A stretch of 64,000 bases of DNA from Octopus vulgaris (Eukaryota): positions 115,320,001-115,384,000 of the forward strand of contig OX597821.1 of assembly GCA_951406725.2 (NCBI GenBank). The letters run 5' to 3'. Position 1 is the stretch's first letter, and every line of letters begins with the position of its first letter. A program made the translations under genes and the position numbers. A model generated the notes under the pieces. That model worked only from the letters and a program-made list of their open reading frames with translations, ran no database searches and was not told the DNA's origin. This document shows positions 52,963 through 64,000 of the stretch, piece after piece.

Positions 52963-53744
52963 AAATTTAGAATTGTTTCAATGTTTTGAATTTAATTTTT
53001 AGTTGTTGTTATTTGGTAGAATGTACAAACTTTTCCTTATTTTGGAATTGCTGAAATTATTAATTACCAGTTTTTAGTATCTGTAACTCTCAGTCTTTCT
53101 ACACTTGAAAACCCATCTAACTTTTTTCTATTGCTGTCTCAGATTACAAAAGCTAGAATTTAGAACACGAAATATTGATGAGAGTCTGATCTGGCAGTGT
53201 TTCTACAGCTGGATGCCTTTCCTAACGCCAACCACTCCGAGAGTGTAGTGGGTGCTTTTTATGTGCCACCGGCACAGGTGCCAGGGGAGGCTGGCAGCGG
53301 CCAATATCGGTTGGTGTTTTTTACGTGCCACCAGCACGGAAGCCAGTCAAGGTGGTGCTGGCATCGACCACGTACGGATGGTGCTGTCATTCTAAAAATT
53401 GTCACATCATTGACATCTCAAAGCTACAATATAATGCCAGATTAATTCAAAACAATGTGCATAAAGGAGCATTACGTTTGACAGAGAAATCTGAAGCTAA
53501 ATGGTTCACTTTCATTTGACTAGAAAAAATAAAATAACAGATGTGTGCCCCAGTTACCATCTCTGTCCTTGTATTCTTCAGTCAGGAAACCTTCTCAGCC
53601 GGAATATCTTGTAGCTTCAAGAATGCCATCTTATAAACTAACATCGATTTATAAGTTATATATATATATATATATATATAAGGTATGATATTGAAGTATA
53701 TCTTACCAGATAGTTATATAATGTAGTTCAGTATCACATGATAT

Positions 53745-54048
53745 GTGGAGGTGCAATGGCCCAGTGGTTAGGGCAGCGGACTCGCAGTCGCAGGAACGCG
53801 GTTTCGATTCCCAGACCGGGTGTTGTGAGTGTTTATTGAGCGAAAATACCTAAAGTTCCACGAGGCTCTGGCAGGAGGGTGGTGGTGATCCCTGCTGTAC
53901 TCTTTCGCCACAACTTTCTCTCACTCTTTCTTCTGTTGGCCTGCCCGCTTAGCCAGGTGGGTGGCGTCATTTGAAGGCTAAAACAATGCAAAGCGCATTG
54001 TGACCAGCGATATGTAGCAACATCAGATAGCCTGGTCGGTCACGGTGA
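53745..54048 (+). mobile_element. tRNA-derived SINE family E (probably a tRNA-Arg-like head)
   Basis: TGGCCCAGTGGTTAGG A-box, GGTTTCGATTCCC B-box and TCG in the anticodon-like loop, then a ~230-bp non-tRNA body. Truncated copy at ~36193-36265. Confidence 0.75.
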
Positions 54049-54496
54049 TTACATGATATAACATGGGTGTATGATGAAGCTTATTTCTAATATAGAAGCT
54101 GAATTCTCATTTCTATGTTTATATACTCTGCCAGGAAACCATCCAAGCTTGGCTCTTTGCCATTAAACAGTTCTGTGATGGTGTATTTGACTTCCACCAT
54201 AAAAGTCTTAACTTCTGTCAAATGCTTCAGGGTCCTCTTCTTCTTCTCTCATTGATTGAAGACATCAAAGTATGAAATGGTATTGGACTATTCTGTCCGC
54301 AGTTTGACATCAACCACGTTTTTTATTGGATATCGAAATGAGAAAGATACTATTAGACCTAGCATTGCATCTCTCCTCTCACCACACACATGGAGTGTGT
54401 GTGTGTATGTGTGCAGCGCATGTGTGTATATATACACACACACATGTTAATGCTTGTTTTTTGTAAAATTACGTCAGATAATTTGACATATTTTAG

Positions 54497-54555
<59 letters not shown>

Positions 54556-55965
54556 CACACATACATATTAATGTTTGCTTTTATGTAAAATTTTAAACAC
54601 TCTCTCACACTAGGCCCCTGATTAACAGCTTATGACTAATGTTTGATATGTTGTGCTGCATACTGAATTACTATGAAATAGTAAATTATAATAAGATTTA
54701 TTCATTTAGCTTCATAATTAAATATTGGTCATTATAAGTTTATACTAAGAAGGAAAAAAAAACAAATATTTTTCCCAACTGTATTTAATTAGTTTCTGAA
54801 TTATTCTGTCTCATTAGTGAGTAATTTAATAATGGTTTCCATTAATTAGAGACAAACACCTATCTATAAGCTGAACGCCATATTTTAGTGTATTATAAGT
54901 TTACACCTTACAATTATCTAAGCTAATTTTAATTAATCATTGAGAAATTAGATTTCAATGTTATTGATTTCTAATGTTGGCACAAGTTTAAAGCTTTCTC
55001 TCTGCAGTAGGGGTGATAGTATATAGTGGTGGGGAGAAGCGAAATAGTCAACTGAATTTAATCCTGTTTTGACCATGTAGGGATTTGAACCTAGAACTCT
55101 AGATACAAAATTGAAAACTGTCACGAATTTGCTTGCTTTTTAGCATTCCTTTCTTTGTTTTTATCTTTCACTTGTTTCAGTCATCAGATTGTGGCCAAGC
55201 TGGAGCACTGTCTTGAAGAATTTTTAGTCAAATGAATCAATCCCGGCACTTTGATTTTCTAAAGCCCGGTATTTATTATATTGGTCTCTTTTGCTGAACT
55301 GCTAAGTTATAGAGACATAAACACACTAACAGTGGTTGTAAAATGGAGGGGGGGACAAACACAGACTCGTACACACACAGATGTGTGTGCGTGTATGTAC
55401 AATATTTCCTCTACCAGATCCACTAACAAGACTGATCTGTCTTAGGCTATAGTAGAAGACACTTGTCCAAGGTGTCAAGCAGTGGGACTGAACCCTAAAC
55501 CATGCAATTGGGAAGCAAACTTCTTACCATACAGCCATACTTACACCTGTTGGTCTTGAAGAATATTTAACAGGTTTCTGAGTCAAAATTCTATTTTTCA
55601 AGTTGAATTAATTAAATAGCAACCTGAATGATTTTTAGCATGTTCGGGTGTTGGTTTTGACTTTGGCAGACAATGACCATCTTTTACAGGTGTTAATATA
55701 TCACCTGGTGCAAAATTGTGCTTTTAAGCCCAGTTTGTGTTTAGTTTTGTCACATGCTTTAGTTAAATACAGGATATCACATGTCCTACCTATAATACAA
55801 GATATCATATTTTGTAGTTAGATACAAATTTGTTTCTCTCTGTAATTCACAAGAAATTGTGTTTTATCTAAACCTCATTATTACTTTATCCAATCAATAT
55901 ATTATTTAATGATTTGCTTTTTAACAATTAAATGTATTTCTCTTCCTTGTATTATTATTATTAAT

Positions 55966-57900
55966 AAGGTGGCAAGCTGGCAGAATCGTAAGCATGCCAG
56001 GCGAAATGCTTAGCAGTATTTCGTCTGCCGCTACGTTCTGAGTTCAAATTCCGCCGAGGTCGACTTTGCCTTTCATCCTTTCAGGGTCAATTAAATAAGT
56101 ACCAGTTACGCACTGGGGACAATGTAATCGAATTAATCCATTTGTATGTCCTTGTTTGTTCTCTCTGTGTTTAGCCCCTTGTGGGTAGTAAAGAAATAGG
56201 TATTTCATCTGCCGAGGTCAACTTTGCTTTTCATCCTTTCGGGATTGATAAATTAAGTACCAGTTGCATACTGGGGTTGATGTAATTGATTGTTCCCCTC
56301 CCCCCAATTTCAGGCCTTGTGTCTATAGTAGAAAGGATTATTATTATTATGGCAGCAAGCTGGTAGAATCATTAGCATGCTGAGTGAAATGCTTAGTGGT
56401 ATTTCACTCATTACTATGTTGAGTTAAAATTTTGCCGAGGTTGACTTTGCCTTTCATCCTTTTGGGATTGATAAATTAAGCACCAGTGAAACACTGGGGT
56501 CAATATAATCAACTAGTCCCCTCCTGCTAAAATTTCAGGCCTTGTGCCTAGAGTAGAAAGGATTATTATTATTAATGTACGTAAGTTGGTGAGCTGGCAG
56601 AAATCCCAGCTCACTGGACAAGATGCTTAACAGTTTTTCTTCTGTCTTTACATTCTGAGTTCAAATTCCACTGAGGTTGATTTTTGCATTTCATCCTTTC
56701 AGGGCTAAGAGCCAGTTGAGTAGAGGGGCTGATATAATGGACTTCATCCTCCCACTAAAATTTCAGGCCTTGTTCCTACAGTAGAAAGTGTTATTAACTA
56801 GCATGAGCCTTTGAGTGCTAGATTTTTTTTTTTTTTTTTTTAATAAAGGAGCAGTGGTCTTGCAAAATTATTAGCACACCAAAGTGCTTCCAAATTCTGC
56901 CAAAATTGTACCAACTGAGTTCTGGATGGGAGTCAATTTAATTGACTGGTCCTCCTCCCTGCAAAATTTACTACTATTATTAAAGATGGCAAACTAGCAG
57001 AATCCTTCAGACATTGGACAAAATTTCTTCTGGTTCTGTATGTTCTGAGTTCAGATCTTACCAAGATCAACAAAATGGGTACCAGCTGAGCTCTGCAATC
57101 AATATTATCAATTAACTCCCTCCCCATAAAAGTGCTGGCCTTGTTCCAAAATTTGAAGCCATTATTATTAGCAGTCGTACTATAACATCATTTAAGTCTC
57201 TATCTTTAGGTTCAGAACATCTGTTATCTCCCTCCAGGCATCCTTCATATCTAGGATTCATGGGTTGAAAATAAAAAAAGAAAAATATTTCTAAAGCTGG
57301 TGTAAGCAGATATCAAAGTTATCTACTCCACACACCAACCTCTATCTTTTCTGCTACATTTCAATATTATTATTTCTCATAAGAAAGGCGGCGAGCTGGC
57401 AGAGTCGTTAATATGTTGGACGAAATGCTTAGTGGTATTTCACTTTCAGGGTCAATAAATTAAGTACCAGTAAAATATCAGGCCTTGTGCCAATAATAGA
57501 AAGGATTATTTCCCCATAAGGCTGTGTGAGATAGCAGAATTGTTACAGCACCAGAAACATGCTTAGTGCCATTTCTTCTGAATTAAAATTCTGCCAAGGT
57601 CAACTTTACCTTTTATCTTTTCAGGGTCAGTACAATAAATGCTGGGGGGTCAATGTAATCAACTTATTGCTTCCCCTGAAATTGCTGGCCTTGTGCCAAA
57701 ATTTATCACCAGTGTTATTTCTCACCCAACAATCCAGTTGTTTACAATATTTCTATTGCATTTCTACCGAGGTTGTCTTTGCCTTTCATCCTTTTGGGGT
57801 CAATAAATTAAGTACCAGTTGCATACTAGGATTGATCTAATCGACTGGCCCCCTTCTCCCCAAAAAACTTCGGGTCTTGTGCCTAGATTAGAAAAGAATA
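55966..57900 (+). mobile_element. Large head-to-tail cluster of family A SINEs
   Basis: About 8 full or partial copies, all on the + strand, with (TTA)n linkers. Confidence 0.85.
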
Positions 57901-59611
57901 TTTCTATTGCTTTATAGGGCTTAACATTGGACTAGCATTCTCCTCTTAAAATAATAAAATAAAATAATAATGAAATTATTGTATACAGTGCTCAGGTGCA
58001 CCATTACATCACAATATCACACACACACACATACTATGTTCTCATGCAACCTTTAACAATTTTTGAACTGGAAACTCCTTATTCTGACACAAGCTCCCTG
58101 TCTCTTTCAGTGTCCCTCTATCAGTATCACAGAAGTGTCTTGAATGAAGGACACTTGCTGCTATGTCTACAATAACCAACAAATTACTGTAAGTCTTATC
58201 TCTGAGTCAGACTTTGCGCCTGAGACACCATCACATTTTTAGTTACCAATAATAATAATAATAATTAATAATTATTATTATTATTATTATTTTGCCCTTA
58301 CCACTTTTCTTTTGTTCTGTATTTGACACAATCCCTTCAGCCTTTGACACTAGGTTTCACTTAATTAGGTTCATTTCCACTTTGTTCTATTCTATTTAAT
58401 AGATGTCGTTTTCCCCCACCCCTCTTTGTTCCACAGATATATATTCTCACCTGCAATCACTCCTTCTTTGTTTCAGACACATTGTCACCCATATACACAC
58501 ACAGTCGGTCACCCTGTCTCATAGATATATCTATTGTTATTTATGGCACTTCTGGTCTCTAATAAACATTTCATTCACTTTGAAGATGATGTCAACCTCC
58601 AGTTCATTGAGAACTGCTTACCTGTCATGCATGTTTATGAATAATAATGATGACAATAATCTGTTTTTGCATGTTGATATAACCTTTTTGATGTTTTTTT
58701 TTCTTCTCAGATGTCTACAAATAACAGGAAACTGATTACACACACACACACAATGCTACTGTTTGTTACTTCACATGTTATAGAGAATTTTCCTAAATAT
58801 AAATAGGTGTATATATAATATACATATGAGTGTGTGTGTATATACTTGCACATATATGACTATAAACCATGAAAATAGAATTTGAGAATTTTACTATACA
58901 TATATACTCTCACACACACGTTGATATTAACCAAATGGGAGATAAGCTTTTTAGTAAATGTAGGAGAGTAAAATTGTATTTGATTGAAGACACGTTTGTC
59001 CACATGTGAATGCTTCTTCAGGTTACACAGCAAAAGAACACACACTTCGTTAAACAAGGCCAGTGATCTGGTTGCATAAGAAACTTTGAAAGCATTAGAG
59101 CAGGGGAAATAATTCCAAGATTACAACAAATAGCTTGAACAGAGATTAACTAATGAATGGAATAAAATCTCCCAAAAGATGAAGGCCAATATCATAGGGT
59201 GCTAGTTAAATAATAGTGAAGGTGTTGGCTGCATGGGGTACCTTATATGTGTGGGAGGGTGGAGTTTGGTTAAGTATATAAATTAAACATATTTAATTGA
59301 ATAATACTTACTTGGTTGGTGATTAATAAACAACACACGATAGAGAAGAGATCATCACAGTATGAGGTGGTGTGGTTAGGGGTGACTGGAAAGTAAGGTT
59401 GACTCCATCATTTGATTGAAGATTTATTTACATAATAGAGTGGCTACCAGTGATTATTTTTCCGTTCTTGTTCCTATCTTTGGTGACAAATTTTGTCTTA
59501 GTCTACTGGCATTGAGTACACACTGATAATTTCCAATGACACAGAAATGCATTCAACATTACATTTACCTCGGCTAGAATGTGTTCTATCTCTCCCTGAT
59601 GGATACATATA

Positions 59612-59870
59612 TATATACACATAAGAGAGATTACCACTAAGTGGACACCCATTATGCTAGAAGTCGACCCTCTATGGTCTTACCACTGAGAAAGGGGGTT
59701 GACTTCTAGCATAATGGATGTCCACTTAGTGGTCATCCCTCTTATGTGTATATAATATAATTTTTCTGAATCTTCAGATTTTTCTATATGCTAGACCATC
59801 GGTTTTAAATTGATATTAATCAAATTAATATTCAGTTTTTCACCCTTATTATTTTAAATTATACACACTG
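59612..59870. mobile_element. Fold-back element with an adjacent hammerhead remnant (minus strand)
   Basis: Hairpin at 59612-59754. Minus strand 59790-59846 reads ggtga-helix II-AAAA-ccgatg-GTC. Confidence 0.6.
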
Positions 59871-61228
59871 TTTTTGAACAGCAGCCCATGTAGATGCTGT
59901 CTGCAGGTAAATACTGCTTATCAAGTATTTACATTGAGTATGATACACATTTCTTTTACTTGTTTCAATCATTAGATTATCCGTGTTGGGGCACTGGAAT
60001 AGACCCCAGTACTTTGGGGGGCGGGGGGGGGGTTTCTTTCTTTGAAGCCCAGTATATTTCTTCTATCAATCTGTTTTACTGGGCTCTCGAGTTATTGGGG
60101 AGATAAACAAGCCAACGCCAGTTGCCAAGTGGCAGTGAAGACAAACACACACATTGACATGTATATATATATTTATATTACAAAATATAAAGTTATATCT
60201 TGAGATCGCTAGTGATATGTTTCATATTAATTGGCGCGTCTCCGAAACGGCCTGTAGATGAACTTTTATGTATTTTTGTAAATTTATCTTTTCTGTATTT
60301 TCTCTGGAATTTTAATACGTCATTATATGTTTTATTACCCCAAATTTTTAATTCAACAAATTTTTACCAAATGTTTTATGATTTTAAGCGTAAATTCAAT
60401 GTGTTATATATGCAACATTGATTCTTATATATTTATATGATGTTTATATATTTATATATTATTATATTTTTAAACGGACTCTATATCTGTTCTGTAGCTA
60501 TAAATAAATATATGTATGTGTTTGATCTTTCTGTGGATTTTGTAATGTTCCTTTAGTTGCTGCTCACATTGCCTCCCCACGGATTAATAAGTATATATAT
60601 ACACACACACACACACACACATGATAGGCTTCTTTCCCAGGGTGCCACACAATGAGGCTGAACACACACCCATGTAGTCGGGAAGGGCATCCAACTGTAG
60701 AAACACTGCCAGATCAGACTGGAGCCTGGTGCAGCTTCCTGGCTTCCCAGACCCCGGTCAAACCATCTAACACATGATAGCATGGAAAACGGACGTTAAA
60801 CGATGATGAGGATGATGAATTCAGCAGAGTTTATTAGAAAAACATTGGTAAAGAAATAAAGTTTTGTTAGAAACATCAGAACACTTCCACACGAATTCCA
60901 TTGGTTGCAGGCAACCTGCTGAGCTAGCATTTTTTTTTTTTTCTCTTGAATTTTTCAAATTATAAAATTAATTTAAGGATACCTCTGTACAGTGCTAATG
61001 GTGGATGGCTGAGAAGTGTCAGTATTCACACTGATATAATACCATAAGTTACATGGTTGTACTAAATTTATTTTCCCCTTTAAAAACTGGGCTGTGTGCT
61101 GAGTAGCTTGCTTACCAACCACATGGTTCTGGGTTCAGTCCCACTGTGTGGCAAGTGTCTTCTACTATAGTCTCGGGCCAACCAGAGCCTTGTGAGTGGA
61201 TTTGGTAGACGGAAACTGAAAGAAGTCC

Positions 61229-61259
<31 letters not shown>

Positions 61260-62608
61260 TGTGTGTTTGTCTCCCCAACATTGCTTGACAACTGATGATG
61301 GTGTGTTTACATCCCCTGTAACTTAGCAGTTCAGCAAAAGTGACCAATAGAATAAGTACTAGGCTTGCAAAGAATAAGTCCTGGGGTCGATTTGTTCAAC
61401 TAAAAGGATATTGCACCAAGTGGTGCTACTAAGTTCGACATGGCCTGTGCCTATACTGGCTGAAACCTATCAATGTTATTTGCAATAATCAGTGATAAAA
61501 ATAATTATAATTAAGATCCTGTAAGTATTACATAAACAAATGAATAATAATAAATACATATTTATATTTTCTCCCTTCCCATTGCTCACCACTTCCTGTG
61601 TCTCTAGGCATCTCTCCCCTGAGCATCATCTTAAGACTGCTATACTTCATCTCTAACACCTTCCCATTTTGCTGTCAACACCCCCTTCCACGCATCTTCA
61701 TCCCTCACTCATAGCCATCACTACATACCTCTGACCCTCATCTCTGTTTCTGTACATCTCTAATTACTCTCACCCGATTCTATGTAATGCAAAGTAGCCG
61801 TGTATCTCCTGCCTTAGCAACACACCTGTTTCTATCCTTCTCTCATACTTTAGCCAGGTAAAAAGCCATTTTCCCCTCACAAGACAGCTGCTTCTTTGTC
61901 TTGCAAGTCACCTGGTACCCTTCACTTGTGCCAGTGTCACAAAAAAAAAAAAAAAAAGGCACACAGTACATTCTATGAAGTGATTGGCATTAAGAATTGC
62001 ATCTAGTCATAGAAACCATGCCTAATGAGACAAGTGAAGAACACCACTGCCAAATAATCCAACCCAGGCCAGCATGGAAAGCTGGATGTTAAATGGTGGT
62101 GCTAGTGATGATGATGAAGATGTCAGGCAAGGTTTTCTTCCTGCAAGGATAGACTTAAAATGGTTCGAATTTCTGTAAAACTATTGTATGTGCAAGTGAT
62201 TTTAATATATATCAAAATGAAGATTTAGGTCAACTATTGTCTGGTTACTTGAACAAATATTCCAAGTTATTTGGAAATTGTAAGCTTGGACAGACTTTTT
62301 ACCATGTAAAAAGCACTCTGTAAAGTAGCTGGCATTAGGAAGGGAATCCAGCTGTAGAAACTATATTAAAACAGACAACTGGAAGCTGGTGTGGCTCCTG
62401 CATGTCAAACCATCCAATCCTTGCCAGCATGAAGAACGGATGTTAAATGATGATGGCAGATTAAAATTAATCCAACAACCAGACATTTACACCTGAGTAC
62501 ATCAATGAAAGAAAGATTAAATATTTTGTGGTATAAGCCAATAATTATTTAGCATATGAGGAGGTCAAAAATAATATTATTATAGAAATAAAACGGTATT
62601 ATTGAATA

Positions 62609-62839
62609 TAATAATAATAATGAAATTATTGTATACAGTGCTCAGGTGCACCACAACTTGTCAAAAGTGCGTATAAAGCATATGCAGTAATGTACAAAAT
62701 GTCTGGGAAGTGAACAGTGTATGAGTCAGATACATGCTTGCATGTGTATGGAGGGGAGAAAATCAGGTGTAGTGTTGGCGAATCTCAGGAAGCATGGAAG
62801 TTTTGAAGGATGCAGTGCTCCGACAACTAACAACTGATA
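62609..62839 (-). mobile_element. 5'-truncated CR1-clade LINE with a TSD
   Basis: Reverse complement of ~44040-44262. tattgaatataataata is duplicated at 62600-62616 and 62840-62856. Confidence 0.85.
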
Positions 62840-63261
62840 TATTGAATATAATAATAGTATTATTGAATTGGAATTACTATTATTGAAATTTCTCTAAATT
62901 GTGACTTTGATATGTTTATTGTTATTAAAAGTTTGTTTATATGTCAACTGTCTTCTAAAAATTCTAATTTTTAATGAATACTTATAATTTAATTATAACC
63001 AACTATTAATTAGTATTGGCATTGTTAATAACTGATATAGATTTTATGTTATTAATTTTACCGTTTATATTGGATTCTTCCAATGCTGAATTGTCTTTGA
63101 ATTTCCATGCTTCTTTTGTTCTGCAACCATTTTCTTTCTTGTTTTACTTCAAGTCTCTGAAATATAAAACAAATAATTCGAATGTTATTCCAATCTGCCT
63201 TCATTTGCAGTGATAAGAAATTGTCTGACAAATTCTATGTTTAACATCTTGTATTTTTCAG

Positions 63262-63396
63262 GAATTGGTGAATCGTTATATGACGGATGACGAGAGCTAC
63301 TTGCAGTCAGATGCAGAATCTTACATCCGAACTGATGATGAAGAGGGTGGCAACACCGAATGGGAGGAATCAATGCGACGCTGGGTGAACAGATGA
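63262..63396 (+). CDS. Dyb: Dystrobrevin terminal coding exon (ELVNRYMTDDESYLQSDAESYIRTDDEEGGNTEWEESMRRWVNR*)
   Basis: tttttcag| acceptor in phase 0, matching the 51301 donor. Tandem stops TGA TAG. Shares ESY repeats with the previous exon. Confidence 0.87.
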   Translation, partial: ELVNRYMTDDESYLQSDAESYIRTDDEEGGNTEWEESMRRWVNR

Positions 63397-63539
63397 TAGG
63401 TCGTCAACTGCCACACCTGTTGCTGATTAAAGAAGCCAACAACAGCTTCTGACAGCTTTAATTCTGGAAATTTCTCTCTTTTCCACCTGGTATTTCTGTC
63501 AGTCTGTCAGTCTGCCTTTTTGCACCACCACCCCACAAA

Positions 63540-63563
63540 AATAAATAAATAAAACCAAATAAA
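63540..63563 (+). promoter_or_regulatory. Candidate polyadenylation signal cluster
   Basis: Several AATAAA ~145 nt after the stop and another at 63808. The context is A-rich, so these could be chance. Confidence 0.35.
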
Positions 63564-64000
63564 ACCATGCTGATTCCAGCAAGGCCACACTTTAGAGCAG
63601 CACTGCAGCCGAGATGGACGACTCCCAAAATGACCAGTCGCCAGTCAGTGGTAGCAGCACCAGTCTTGTTTTATTAATGGACATTTCTGTTCCCTTTGAA
63701 AATACCTCACAACATACAACTACCGTCATTTCTACTTGTCTCTACACTTTTTGTCAAATTATTTTAAGCCACCGTAATCTTTATCACAGTTTCAGTTGAA
63801 GGAGGGAAATAAATCTGTCAGAAGGCAAATTGTAAAATGTATCTATGACTGTTGCAGAATGGAATGTGAGATGGAAGCATAAATAGCAGTGACTGAGAAG
63901 AAAATTCTAAGACATTTTTGGATGTTAATGTATAGAGGAGACATGTCTGATGATAACAACAACACCGTAATATTGTGTCATGCAGTTGGCATTGATGGCT

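Noticed and set aside
53750-53822. Possible tRNA gene (also 36198-36265)
   Set aside because: The cloverleaf is imperfect and runs straight into a repeat body, so it is a SINE head.

Overview
AT-rich, repeat-dense animal DNA, most likely octopus (coleoid cephalopod). This is inferred only from the repeat families and microsatellite load. The window holds the 3' half of a dystrobrevin gene on the + strand. Seven phase-compatible coding exons (32939-33024, 38252-38456, 39463-39736, 45403-45456, 46776-46953, 51148-51301, 63262-63396) encode the coiled-coil region and a long acidic, tyrosine-rich tail. A candidate 33-nt microexon lies at 225-257. Nearly all other ORFs in the track come from microsatellites or SINEs. 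The introns hold several tRNA-derived SINE families, LINE remnants (RTE, CR1, Tx1-like), TTAA and mariner MITEs, a 38-bp minisatellite and a SINE-derived two-tier tandem array. The most unusual signal is a set of unrelated fold-back (inverted-repeat) insertions, several carrying minimal type-I hammerhead ribozyme motifs with self-complementary helix III, as in Penelope-like element termini. One copy at 24.3-24.7 kb has an intact catalytic core in both arms. Repeat boundaries were read by eye and may be off by several bases.
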